In this document: positions 9,445 through 18,723 of the stretch, piece after piece
Position numbering within the stretch: the first letter of the stretch is position 1
How the letters are laid out: every line of letters begins with the position of its first letter
Source of the DNA: a virus
Taxonomy: Duplodnaviria; Heunggongvirae; Uroviricota; Caudoviricetes
Reading direction: 5' to 3' (one strand)
IMG/VR virus record: IMGVR_UViG_3300021430_000416
Location: 18,435 to 82,434 of that record
DNA: 64,000 nt
Notes under the pieces: model-generated
Told to the model about the DNA's origin: nothing
The model's input: only the letters and a program-made list of their open reading frames with translations
Database searches by the model: none
Position numbers and translations under genes: made by a program

Positions 9445-10947
9445 ATGTTTAGACCAAATTCACTTTTCTACACTGACGGATACAAAATCGGTCACAAAAG
9501 AATGTTAGCTAAAGGTACAACACGTTTGTACGGAACATGGATTCCACGTAGCATCAAGTACGCACCAAAGGGTGTTAAGAAAATTGTATCATTCGGACAA
9601 CAACTTGTTGTTAAGTGGTTACACGATGAGTTCCAAGAGAACTTCTTTAATCAACCAATTGAAGTTGCTGAAAGATTCGGAAAAGATATGTCAATGTATC
9701 TTGGTATGGATTATGATGCATCACACTTCGTTGAGTTACACAAATTAGGTTACTTACCTATCCGTATCAAATCATTACCTGAAGGTATTGAAACAAATCC
9801 AAATGTTCCTCACATGACATTCATTAATACCGTTGATGGATTTGCGTGGTTGACATTATATTTGGAAACCATCATTAGTTCATTGTCATGGAAACCTTCA
9901 ACCTCAGCAACAATTGCTCTACAATACAGACGTAATGTTGTTGAATGGGTGATGAAAACCGACCCAGCTAACGCTTGGTTAATCCCTTTCCTTTGTCATG
10001 ACTTCTCGGCTCGTGGATTAAGTCCATGGGATATGTTATCAAGTGGTCTTGGACACGCATCATCATTCTTGGGTTCTGACACAATCATTTGTATCCCCGG
10101 TGCTCGTTACTTCTACAACGAACCTGAAGACCAAGTTTCAATCTACTCTGTGAATGCGTCAGAACACTCAGTATCGACAACTAAAATCTTTACTGTTGGT
10201 GAACAACAAATGATTGCTGATTGGTTGGAAGAGTTCCCTAAAGGAATCCTGTCAATTGTGTCCGACACATTTGACTTGTGGAAGTTGATTACCGAATACT
10301 TACCGGCAAACAAAGAAGCTATTATGGCTCGTGACGGTAAATTGGTAATTCGTCCTGACTCAGGTGACCCTGTAGATATTATCTGCGGAAAACCTGATGA
10401 ATCTGGTGTTTTCAATGACCAAGACTACGCAAAGGCATCTAAAAGTGGGTCACCTGAGCAAAAGGGTGTTATCGAATTACTTTGGGACATCTTTGGTGGT
10501 ACAATCAACGAACAAGGTTACAAAGTTCTTGACCCACACATCGGAGCAATTTATGGTGATTCAATCACATTAGACCGTCAATTAGAAATCTACAAAAGAT
10601 TAGAAGCAAAAGGATTTGCATCAACAAACATCGTGTTAGGTGTTGGTTCATTCACTTACCAAATGAATACCCGTGACACATTAGGTTTCGCAGCCAAAGG
10701 TGCTTGGTTTGAGGTTGAGGAGAACAATACCAAAGTTGGTTACGATATCTACAAAGACCCTGTAACTGATGATGGTACTAAGAAGTCTTTGAAAGGTTTG
10801 ATTTGTGTTACTGAAAACCATGAGGTGTTAACACAATGTACACCTGAACAAGAATCACAAGGTATTCTTCAAACGATTTATGAGAATGGACAGTTCCATA
10901 ATCAAATAACTTTAACTGAGGTTCGTGAACGTTTAAACAAACTTTAA
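9445..10947 (+). CDS. nadV: nicotinamide phosphoribosyltransferase family protein (NadV/NamPT homolog; alternatively a NARP1 Namat-type enzyme)
   Basis: FYTDGYKIGH (TDSYK motif), YSVNASEHS, IVSDTFD, VIRPDSGDP and IYKDPV all match conserved NAMPT blocks. Confidence 0.9.
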   Translation: MFRPNSLFYTDGYKIGHKRMLAKGTTRLYGTWIPRSIKYAPKGVKKIVSFGQQLVVKWLHDEFQENFFNQPIEVAERFGKDMSMYLGMDYDASHFVELHKLGYLPIRIKSLPEGIETNPNVPHMTFINTVDGFAWLTLYLETIISSLSWKPSTSATIALQYRRNVVEWVMKTDPANAWLIPFLCHDFSARGLSPWDMLSSGLGHASSFLGSDTIICIPGARYFYNEPEDQVSIYSVNASEHSVSTTKIFTVGEQQMIADWLEEFPKGILSIVSDTFDLWKLITEYLPANKEAIMARDGKLVIRPDSGDPVDIICGKPDESGVFNDQDYAKASKSGSPEQKGVIELLWDIFGGTINEQGYKVLDPHIGAIYGDSITLDRQLEIYKRLEAKGFASTNIVLGVGSFTYQMNTRDTLGFAAKGAWFEVEENNTKVGYDIYKDPVTDDGTKKSLKGLICVTENHEVLTQCTPEQESQGILQTIYENGQFHNQITLTEVRERLNKL

Positions 10948-10948
10948 T

Positions 10949-11203
10949 ATGAGTATATTAGAAAAAGCTTGGTTGTACTTTCTTATGTTGGTAATCGCAT
11001 CATTTATTGGTGTTGGAATATACTTCATTCTCTCATCTAAAAAAGTTGTGAGATATGAACTTGATGGTCGGTACTCTTATGGAGTACCTGCCATCAACGT
11101 AAATGTTGAAAATGGTATGGATTATACCATTCAATTATCCAAAGATGTTACATGGAATGATGCAGTTCACATGATTGATTCACTTAACAAAACAATTAAA
11201 TAA
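10949..11203 (+). CDS. small membrane protein
   Basis: 84 aa with an N-terminal TM helix. Confidence 0.45.
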   Translation: MSILEKAWLYFLMLVIASFIGVGIYFILSSKKVVRYELDGRYSYGVPAINVNVENGMDYTIQLSKDVTWNDAVHMIDSLNKTIK

Positions 11204-11204
11204 A

Positions 11205-11993
11205 ATGGGATTAGATATATATCTTTATCGTTACGATAATTTCGAAAAAACAAGAGAACTCGAAAAAAAACAAAGTGAGTTCGATGATAGAACATGGGCA
11301 GAAGCCGGTGAGTACGATTCATTAACCGACGAACAAAAAGATGAAGTACGTTCAAAAATTAAAGAACATGCTAAAACTTTAGGTTTGGATGAATGGGGTT
11401 CAGATGAAACAACTTGTGAACAAATCGAAGAACCTCACCCAAGTTATCCTGACCACTACTTCAAAATCGGGTACTTCAGGAGTTCATACAACAATGGTGG
11501 TATCGAAAGAATTCTTCGTAACTTAGGGTTACCAACTATGAGTGATATCTTCAACCATGGAGATGAGGACTATTATTTCCAACCAAATTGGGAAGAGTCT
11601 TTAGTTCGTTGTGAGGATGCCATCCAACAGTTTACACAGAAAGGTGCGTATCGTGTTCACCACGTTAGTAACAACATGTTCAGTGAACCAAAGATACATT
11701 CCGAAAAAGAAGCTCTTGATGTTTTCTTGGAGGAGTTGGGTAAGTACAAACCAAATGGTGAAGGGTACAACTACTCAAACATCAATGGTGAGTTTTCATT
11801 CCATGAACCACAAAAAGTATTGGCGATGATTCCGGGTACATACAAAATATTCAACGAACAACCATGTGTATATGTTGTAACTGAGAGTGATAACACTTGG
11901 TACATAAATGCACTTGAGATTGTCCGTGACACAATCAAGTATGTTTTGTCAAAGGAAAACAAAGAACAATACTACCTTCACTGGTCAGGATAA
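11205..11993 (+). CDS. hypothetical protein of the MGLDIYL N-terminal family
   Basis: The true start is probably the ATG directly after the upstream stop (MGLDIYLY...). Paralogous N-termini occur at 18121 and 52967(-). Confidence 0.5.
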   Translation: MGLDIYLYRYDNFEKTRELEKKQSEFDDRTWAEAGEYDSLTDEQKDEVRSKIKEHAKTLGLDEWGSDETTCEQIEEPHPSYPDHYFKIGYFRSSYNNGGIERILRNLGLPTMSDIFNHGDEDYYFQPNWEESLVRCEDAIQQFTQKGAYRVHHVSNNMFSEPKIHSEKEALDVFLEELGKYKPNGEGYNYSNINGEFSFHEPQKVLAMIPGTYKIFNEQPCVYVVTESDNTWYINALEIVRDTIKYVLSKENKEQYYLHWSG

Positions 11994-12000
11994 AAAAAAA

Positions 12001-12031
12001 TTTGGAATATTCTAGAATATCATTACCTTTG
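12001..12031 (+). promoter_or_regulatory. class-A promoter: TTTGG-AATATTCTAGAATAT (palindrome)-TACCTTTG
   Basis: -33 and -7 consensus at correct spacing. This 40-nt sequence recurs nearly identically at 36623 and in diverged form at 30723. Confidence 0.55.
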
Positions 12032-12060
12032 TAATGTAAACACAATAACAAACTATTATC

Positions 12061-13431
12061 ATGAGTACCCAATTACATAGAGAACTGAAATTATCGAGCG
12101 AAAAATATGTTTCATACGATGAATATTTGGGTGCACACTATACATTTGGTACCGCAAATGCCAAAGAGTTGAAACAATACCTATTGGATAATCTCGAATC
12201 ACAAGGTATTAATCCTGACGAATTTAATCGTGGGGGTGGTGATGATATTTCACAAAACCCACCTGTTGAGATTTATGAATACCAATTGTTTTTTCTATTG
12301 AGAAAAGAGAATGGTGATTTAATTCTTCTTGATGGTTTTAGACGTTTGTTGTGGTACAATTCTCCGAATCATAGAATTAATGTTAGAGTTTACGATGAGG
12401 GCGAATTAAGTAATCAACAAATAATGAAGTTGTTGATTTATTTGAACCACTTTAAATTTTATGGTAGTAGTGGAAAATATTTTGACCGTGGATTTGCACT
12501 TGGAATGCACACAATTTTTGGTTTGAACATACCAAAATACTATAACACTTTTGATGCATATCTCACGTTGAGTGATACTGAAAAAAAATATTGGAGTGAA
12601 AGTACTACCGACACAAAAGAGAATCTTAGTGTAAAGGAGAGAATGTTGAACCCAATGTTTATTTCCGACATGAAGTTCATTGAGTCTTTACTCGGTACTG
12701 ATGTGATGATTACCCCAATTATGGGAGCATTAATCCATAACACCAGACTTCAACACCCTGACAAAGAATTTTCAAGTGAGTTCTTTTTGAATAAGGTGAA
12801 TGAAAATGAAATCTTGAAAAAACTGCATGAGAAATTTCATAAAGTCGGTGATGGACACGGTGTAGATTCTCAGAAAATTGTCAATCAAATCGTACCTCTT
12901 TACAAAAACATTTTCAACGAAATGTTGGGTGGTGAAATTACATTAACATACGCCGAGAAAAAGGACGAAGTTAAAAAATTGGTTGAGCAATTGAAGAAGG
13001 ATAAAGCTCATACCAAACTAACTGGTAGTAAGAGCGCGTACCTAATGGAATGGGTTATGGAAGATAGAATCAAAAATAACCAACCAATCAATTTTAAATG
13101 TGTTATTCCCCCAAAGGAACTTGACCCACATCGTTGGAATCGAAATGGTGAAAATAATGACCCATTGGAACACGGTTTATTGAAACACGAGGTGAAAGTC
13201 CTTGGTAAAACGAGAGGGAAATCATATGGTTCATCAGAATTAAAAATTGGTTTTACCGATGAAGAAGGTCGTGAATTTATATTCCGACACAACTACGGAG
13301 ATTGGCACAGTTACGGTAAAAAATATACAACAATAGAAGGTGGTGGAATACCATGTATACGATATGATGTCGACCTTTTTGTTGATATCACCAAATCGGA
13401 AATTGAAGAAAAAGACAAAAACAGATATTAA
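12061..13431 (+). CDS. hypothetical protein with a ParB/Srx-like motif
   Basis: 456 aa. ILLDGFRRLL resembles the ParB nuclease-domain DGxxR motif. Weak. Confidence 0.5.
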   Translation: MSTQLHRELKLSSEKYVSYDEYLGAHYTFGTANAKELKQYLLDNLESQGINPDEFNRGGGDDISQNPPVEIYEYQLFFLLRKENGDLILLDGFRRLLWYNSPNHRINVRVYDEGELSNQQIMKLLIYLNHFKFYGSSGKYFDRGFALGMHTIFGLNIPKYYNTFDAYLTLSDTEKKYWSESTTDTKENLSVKERMLNPMFISDMKFIESLLGTDVMITPIMGALIHNTRLQHPDKEFSSEFFLNKVNENEILKKLHEKFHKVGDGHGVDSQKIVNQIVPLYKNIFNEMLGGEITLTYAEKKDEVKKLVEQLKKDKAHTKLTGSKSAYLMEWVMEDRIKNNQPINFKCVIPPKELDPHRWNRNGENNDPLEHGLLKHEVKVLGKTRGKSYGSSELKIGFTDEEGREFIFRHNYGDWHSYGKKYTTIEGGGIPCIRYDVDLFVDITKSEIEEKDKNRY

Positions 13432-13434
13432 AAT

Positions 13435-14358
13435 ATGGCAGAAGTATTAAACTTAGTCAACCCAAATGACACCTTATCTTTCAAGTATGAGATAAGTAGA
13501 TTCCCCGATGGGCAACAATCGTTACGATTGATTGAAGAGGGGTATAACACCTTTCACTCACTCAAAGATAATCCATACGGAATAACAATCAAATCACGTT
13601 TAAATGATTTCCGTGATTTGGAAATTATCATATGTGCAACACAAGCACTTAAAGAAGTTGGTGTCCAAAGAATCAGATTATATATTCCATATTGTACCGG
13701 AGCAAGAAGTGACCGTAAATTTATGGAGGGTGGAATTAATTATGTGAAACACGTAATCGCACCAATCATCAATTCACAAGGTTATGAACAGGTGATAATT
13801 ATGGACCCACATTCGGATGTTCTTGAAGCTTGCATCAACAACTTCGTTAAGGTTGATAACATTAGACTTGCGGAATTCACATTCAAAGATTATTTCTTAT
13901 CAAAAGGATTTGAAACTTGGTCAAATAGTAACTTTCAAAATGTTCGTTTGGTGTCACCCGATGCTGGCGCATTGAAGAAAGTGTTCCATGTTGCTGATAA
14001 ATTTGGTTATAAAAACGATATTGTTATTGCATCAAAACATAGAAATCTTGAAACTGGTAAAATTGATTTTACCAACGTACCTATGTCATTAAATGATGCG
14101 GATAAGGATGTGTTTATTTTCGACGACATTGGGGATGGTTTTGGTACATTTATAAACATCGCAAATGAAATTGAAGAAAAAAGAAAATTATCAAGTGATG
14201 TTCATCCATCACAACACGGAAAAAATTATTTGGTTGTCACACATTCAATACAAGAGATTGGTTTAAAAAGAGCATTAAATGTTTTTGATAAAATCTACAC
14301 CACAAATTCTATTAACGATTGGGAAATAGAGAATGTTGTTGTTTTAAATGTCTTTTAA
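13435..14358 (+). CDS. prs: ribose-phosphate pyrophosphokinase (PRPP synthetase) family protein, divergent (Prs or ADPR-pyrophosphokinase-like)
   Basis: YIPYCTGARSDRK matches PRS VIPYfGYARQDRK. IIMDPHSD, VSPDAGALKK and DDIGDGFGT match the PRPP-binding loop. The N-terminal FPDGQ region is divergent. Confidence 0.75.
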   Translation: MAEVLNLVNPNDTLSFKYEISRFPDGQQSLRLIEEGYNTFHSLKDNPYGITIKSRLNDFRDLEIIICATQALKEVGVQRIRLYIPYCTGARSDRKFMEGGINYVKHVIAPIINSQGYEQVIIMDPHSDVLEACINNFVKVDNIRLAEFTFKDYFLSKGFETWSNSNFQNVRLVSPDAGALKKVFHVADKFGYKNDIVIASKHRNLETGKIDFTNVPMSLNDADKDVFIFDDIGDGFGTFINIANEIEEKRKLSSDVHPSQHGKNYLVVTHSIQEIGLKRALNVFDKIYTTNSINDWEIENVVVLNVF

Positions 14359-15175
14359 AAAGTTCTTCCATATTTATGATAAATATGCGACCATGAAAGA
14401 ACTTAAAAAACCACAAATTAAATGGACAGAAGAAAAAAAACAATATCTAATTGAAAATTACCCATATGGTGATAAAAAAAAGATGTGTTTGGAATTAGGG
14501 TGTACATACAAATCTTTAAAAAGTATGGCAAGATTGTTAGGTGTAAAATCACTAACTGATAATAAACATTATAAATTAAAAACATTGATTGATGATAATG
14601 TTTATAACAATTACTGGTGGGGATACGTCTTGGCAGATGGCCATATAAATGAAAAAAATCAATTAAGTGTGGTTATTAAAGAATCTGATTCACATCATTT
14701 AAAAAAATTATCAGATTATTTAGGTGTAAATTTAAAATGTAGAAAAATTAAAACCGAATACTCTGAAGGTGTTTATTGTAACTTTACATGTCAAGATGTG
14801 ACATATGGTAAAATATTAAAAGAAAATTTGGGGGTAACTAAAAATAAAACATATGAATGTTTCGATTTTACTTGGATTAACACCGAAAAAAAATTTTTAA
14901 GTGTTTTTGCAGGATTTTATGATGGTGATGGGTGTTTAACATTGTCTAAAAACAAGACACCGGTAACAATGAAAATTGAATGTCACTACAATTGGTTCAT
15001 TTTTTTGGAGTTTTGTGGTTTGATGTTGAAAAAATATTATAACATAGAGTCAACGGTATATATCACAACAAAGGGTTCGTCGGCATTAAGGATATATGGT
15101 AAAAAAAACATAAATCTTTTATATGAAAAATGTAAAAAAAATAATTTACCTTTGTTGGAAAGAAAATGGAATTAA
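14348..15175 (+). CDS. LAGLIDADG homing endonuclease (two-motif, monomeric type)
   Basis: WWGYVLADGHI and FAGFYDGDGCLTL are two LAGLIDADG-like motifs about 100 aa apart. Confidence 0.6.
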   Translation: MSFKKFFHIYDKYATMKELKKPQIKWTEEKKQYLIENYPYGDKKKMCLELGCTYKSLKSMARLLGVKSLTDNKHYKLKTLIDDNVYNNYWWGYVLADGHINEKNQLSVVIKESDSHHLKKLSDYLGVNLKCRKIKTEYSEGVYCNFTCQDVTYGKILKENLGVTKNKTYECFDFTWINTEKKFLSVFAGFYDGDGCLTLSKNKTPVTMKIECHYNWFIFLEFCGLMLKKYYNIESTVYITTKGSSALRIYGKKNINLLYEKCKKNNLPLLERKWN

Positions 15176-15328
15176 ACAATTCACAGTTTGGTTAAACAAT
15201 TAAACGTATTTTAATATGGAATCATTACATCCCGCGGCTCAGGTAACTGCCATTATAGTGATTGGGGTAATTGTATGTGTTTTTATATTATCGGCACTAA
15301 CAACATTCTTCGATAAAAATTAAAAGAA

Positions 15329-15808
15329 ATGAAGACAACTAACAAACATGTGTTTTTTTGGAATGGTATATATTCCCAATGGCACAAAGCACCAATGACA
15401 ATCGATGGTGTTACATACAATTGTTGTGAACAGTATATGATGCATCAAAAAGCACTCCTTTTTGGTGATGTGGAAATTGCTCGACAAATTTTAAGAGTGA
15501 GCGACCCAAGAGAACAAAAAGAATTAGGTAGAAAAGTTAAAGGTTTCAATAAGGAGAAGTGGGATAAGGCTTGTGTTGGTATTGTTTACAAAGGTAACTA
15601 CGCAAAGTTCTCACAAAACGAAGATTTGAAAACCGAACTTCTAAACACAGGTAACAGAATTCCTGTTGAGGCATCACCCGTTGATTACATTTGGGGTATT
15701 GGAATGCATGAGGACGATAACGGTGTGGAGAACCCAGCAAATTGGAAAGGTACTAACCTTTTAGGTTGGTCAATTATGTTGGTACGTAACGAATTATCAA
15801 ATGAGTAA
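15329..15808 (+). CDS. NADAR (YbiA-like, DUF1768) domain protein
   Basis: FFW..SQWH, DGVTYNCCEQYMMHQKALLFGD, LGRKVKGF..EKW, KFSQNEDLKTELLNTGNRIPVEASPVDYIWGIG match the NADAR conserved blocks. Confidence 0.7.
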   Translation: MKTTNKHVFFWNGIYSQWHKAPMTIDGVTYNCCEQYMMHQKALLFGDVEIARQILRVSDPREQKELGRKVKGFNKEKWDKACVGIVYKGNYAKFSQNEDLKTELLNTGNRIPVEASPVDYIWGIGMHEDDNGVENPANWKGTNLLGWSIMLVRNELSNE

Positions 15809-16154
15809 TTTAATTTTCATATCATCACCATACTCAAATCCCGACCCTAAAGTTGTTGAAGAAAATTATATCAAGGTTGCAGAATTGGTTGCACATTTAA
15901 CACTAAATGGAATGACACCAATCTCACCAATAGTTTACGGTCATAATATTTTAAAGTTCGTTAGTCTTAATAATGATTGGGAAACTTGGAAGGACTTCTG
16001 TTTGACCTTCCTAAAAAAATCCGATGAGTTATGGGTCTACAAGATGGACGGTTGGAATCATTCGAGGGGTGTTGCAGAAGAAATTGAATTTGCGGTAAAA
16101 AACAATTTACACATAAAATATATCGAATATGAATACTTCAAAAAAGTTTTATAG
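15801..16154 (+). CDS. DUF1937-like protein (nucleoside 2-deoxyribosyltransferase/SLOG-like fold)
   Basis: N-terminus LIFISSPYSNPDP...GMTPISPIVYGH resembles the DUF1937 signature. Confidence 0.45.
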   Translation: MSNLIFISSPYSNPDPKVVEENYIKVAELVAHLTLNGMTPISPIVYGHNILKFVSLNNDWETWKDFCLTFLKKSDELWVYKMDGWNHSRGVAEEIEFAVKNNLHIKYIEYEYFKKVL

Positions 16155-16476
16155 GGTTTCACATGTCAACACACAACAAGGATTGTGGTACAACATGAAT
16201 GGCATCTTCACCGGGTTGATTCATAATGAATTCAATTTCTGTAAGAACAATAGTTTAGCAATGGATTTTGACGATACTATTGTGGGTTATCTATCGGCAA
16301 CACCAACACTTGATGAACTGTTTAATTGGTTCACAAAAGAAGACATTACAAAGTTACAGGAACATGATTATTATATTCATGTTTACGAATCTGACGACTA
16401 CAAGTTTTATGACAGATTCCAACACTTTGTAATCAACAAAGAATCATCCAAATTATTAGAAAAAATAGTATTATAA
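16129..16476 (+). CDS. hypothetical protein
   Basis: 115 aa ORF. Confidence 0.45.
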   Translation: MNTSKKFYRVSHVNTQQGLWYNMNGIFTGLIHNEFNFCKNNSLAMDFDDTIVGYLSATPTLDELFNWFTKEDITKLQEHDYYIHVYESDDYKFYDRFQHFVINKESSKLLEKIVL

Positions 16477-16913
16477 TGAAAGAATATTTCTATAAAAATC
16501 CGGAATCCATTCCGTACCTTGAGAGGTTAGAACAAGAATGGAGACAATATGGTAAGATAATCATCGCTTGCGATTATGACGATACCATTTCACCATGGAA
16601 AATGACTAACACAGATTTCAAACGAGTTTTTGATGTTCTGAATGTGGCAAAACAAACAGGTGCATATGTTGTAATCTTCACGGCATGTAAGGAAGATAGA
16701 TATCCTGAGATAACAAAATATTGTTTAGACAATGGTTTGGAGATTGACGGTATCAACACCACACCGATTGATTTACCATATGGTAACAACAAAAAGATTT
16801 ACGCAAACATCTTCATTGATGATAGGGCAGGTCTGAACGAATCATTAAACATACTCGAATTGGCTATGTACCGTATTCGTGGTAGTAAACAATTAAACAA
16901 TTTTGATTTTTAA
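16476..16913 (+). CDS. HAD-superfamily phosphatase-like protein
   Basis: IIIACDYDDTIS contains the DxDxT motif I, and the downstream VVIFTACKED resembles motif II. Confidence 0.45.
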   Translation: MKEYFYKNPESIPYLERLEQEWRQYGKIIIACDYDDTISPWKMTNTDFKRVFDVLNVAKQTGAYVVIFTACKEDRYPEITKYCLDNGLEIDGINTTPIDLPYGNNKKIYANIFIDDRAGLNESLNILELAMYRIRGSKQLNNFDF

Positions 16914-17373
16914 AATTATGGCAATATTTAAACCACCACACAACATTGCACATAGGAATACAAGAATGAAATCTGTATTTTTAGCCGGTTCAATTGAAAT
17001 GGGTAAAGCAGAAGATTGGCAAACAAATCTTTCAAATTTTTTCAACGACAATGGTTGGAATGTTTTTAACCCTCGTAGAGATGATTGGGATTCATCTTGG
17101 ACTCAGGATTTTGAAAACCCACAGTTTTACCAACAAGTAAGTTGGGAACTCAACGCATTAAGTCAATCCGATTTAATCATAATGTATTTTGCACCGGGAA
17201 CGCAGTCACCTATTTCATTATTGGAGATGGGTCTTTATGCAAATTCAGAAAAACTTCATGTGGTTTGTCCCGATGGTTTTTGGAGAAAAGGGAATGTGGA
17301 AATCGTATGTAATCATTACAACATTCCATTAACAAATACAATTGATGAATTATTAGAAAAATTAATACCATGA
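16903..17373 (+). CDS. nucleoside 2-deoxyribosyltransferase-like protein (start possibly at the internal MKSVFLAGS)
   Basis: VFLAGSIEMGKAEDW...NVFNP...SPISLLEMGLYANSEKLHVVCPDGFW matches the Nuc_deoxyrib_tr fold signature, including the catalytic Glu region. Confidence 0.6.
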   Translation: MIFKIMAIFKPPHNIAHRNTRMKSVFLAGSIEMGKAEDWQTNLSNFFNDNGWNVFNPRRDDWDSSWTQDFENPQFYQQVSWELNALSQSDLIIMYFAPGTQSPISLLEMGLYANSEKLHVVCPDGFWRKGNVEIVCNHYNIPLTNTIDELLEKLIP

Positions 17374-17876
17374 AAGAATTAATTGAAAATGCATTCGTTA
17401 TAATAATAGGTCTTATTCTTTTCTTTGGAATATGGTTGGTGATTGGTATGTTGATAGCATCTTGGTTTTCAAAATATGAATGGTATGAAAAAATTAAGTA
17501 CATTCACAAATTTGAAATACCAAAAAAATACCAAACCAAAGTCAGTCCAATTTACGAATTAACTGAAGACGATTGGAATAACGGGATGAGCATCAGGAAG
17601 TGGTCACTACGATATCACGAAAAAGAAGGACACCAAATACTATCACTATTTTTATTTTATCCGATTCAATTTTTAACGTATGGTTATCAAATTGATGATA
17701 CGGTTTTTGTATGTAAGAAAAAAGATATTGATTCTATTGTGGGAACTTTAGAAGAAAACTATGAGAGAATTTGGGGTAAAGAGAATGCGGAATATCTTCG
17801 AGAAAAAGAAATAAAAGACAAACAAAAACAAAAGATAAAAGATTTGAATCATATATTTGATGAGAATTATGAGTAA
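17370..17876 (+). CDS. hypothetical membrane protein
   Basis: 168 aa with an N-terminal TM helix. Confidence 0.5.
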   Translation: MKELIENAFVIIIGLILFFGIWLVIGMLIASWFSKYEWYEKIKYIHKFEIPKKYQTKVSPIYELTEDDWNNGMSIRKWSLRYHEKEGHQILSLFLFYPIQFLTYGYQIDDTVFVCKKKDIDSIVGTLEENYERIWGKENAEYLREKEIKDKQKQKIKDLNHIFDENYE

Positions 17877-18084
17877 GAAAAAATTTGATTGTCAGAGAGT
17901 GTTTGAGATGGAATCAAGGTGCAACGTACAGTGTGACCATTGTAAAGAATACTATAAAGGTAGAGACCCATTAACTTCGGATGATTTAGTTAGATTAAAT
18001 ATACTAAGATGGTTAAAGAAGAAGGATTTAATAACCGATGAAGTTGATGTTATTTGGTCTGAGTACGTTAAAGAGAATCCATAA
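17857..18084 (+). CDS. hypothetical protein (CxxC...CxxC)
   Basis: 75 aa ORF. Confidence 0.4.
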   Translation: MMRIMSKKKFDCQRVFEMESRCNVQCDHCKEYYKGRDPLTSDDLVRLNILRWLKKKDLITDEVDVIWSEYVKENP

Positions 18085-18120
18085 TTTTGTTTTCAGAAAA
18101 AAATTAATTATATTTTACAC

Positions 18121-18723
18121 ATGGGTGCGGACATTCACGTTTTCTTAGAAAAGAAAACCACAATCAACAACGAATCTAAGTGGGTCAACATAGACTACTG
18201 GCAATTAAATCCATACTATGACGGTGTGGATGAGTACGAAAAAGAATACGACCACGTACCGGTTTATAGTGGTCGTGATTACGAACTATTCAACCTACTC
18301 GCGGGAGTGAGAGGTTCGGGTAATGGTATGGTTGATGAACCTAGAGGTTTACCTGAAGATGTTTCGGAAGCAACAAAGAAAGAATCGGACAGATGGAGTT
18401 CCGATGGTCACACACATTCTCACTTTACTCTATTTGAATTAAAAGAGTATTTGGAAAAGAATCCAACAACTGTATATGGTGGAATGGTTACACCTGAAGA
18501 TGCCGAAAAAATTGATAAGGGTGAAGGTACACCTAATTCATGGGCAGGATGGGTTAGTGATAGTTTAGGTTGGGTATATAGAGATTGGTTAGAACCATCA
18601 CCACTTAATAGAATTGTTAATAAAATAAACGAGAGATTTAAGGATGAATTTTATATTTATGATGATAATAGACATCCTGAAAAAGAAAAATCAATAAGAA
18701 TCGTTTTTTGGTTTGACAACTAA
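18121..18723 (+). CDS. hypothetical protein of the MG(A/L)D(I/M)(H/Y) N-terminal family
   Basis: Starts MGADIHVFLEKK. Compare MGLDIYLYRY at 11205 and MGLDMYLHKK at 52967(-). Confidence 0.5.
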   Translation: MGADIHVFLEKKTTINNESKWVNIDYWQLNPYYDGVDEYEKEYDHVPVYSGRDYELFNLLAGVRGSGNGMVDEPRGLPEDVSEATKKESDRWSSDGHTHSHFTLFELKEYLEKNPTTVYGGMVTPEDAEKIDKGEGTPNSWAGWVSDSLGWVYRDWLEPSPLNRIVNKINERFKDEFYIYDDNRHPEKEKSIRIVFWFDN

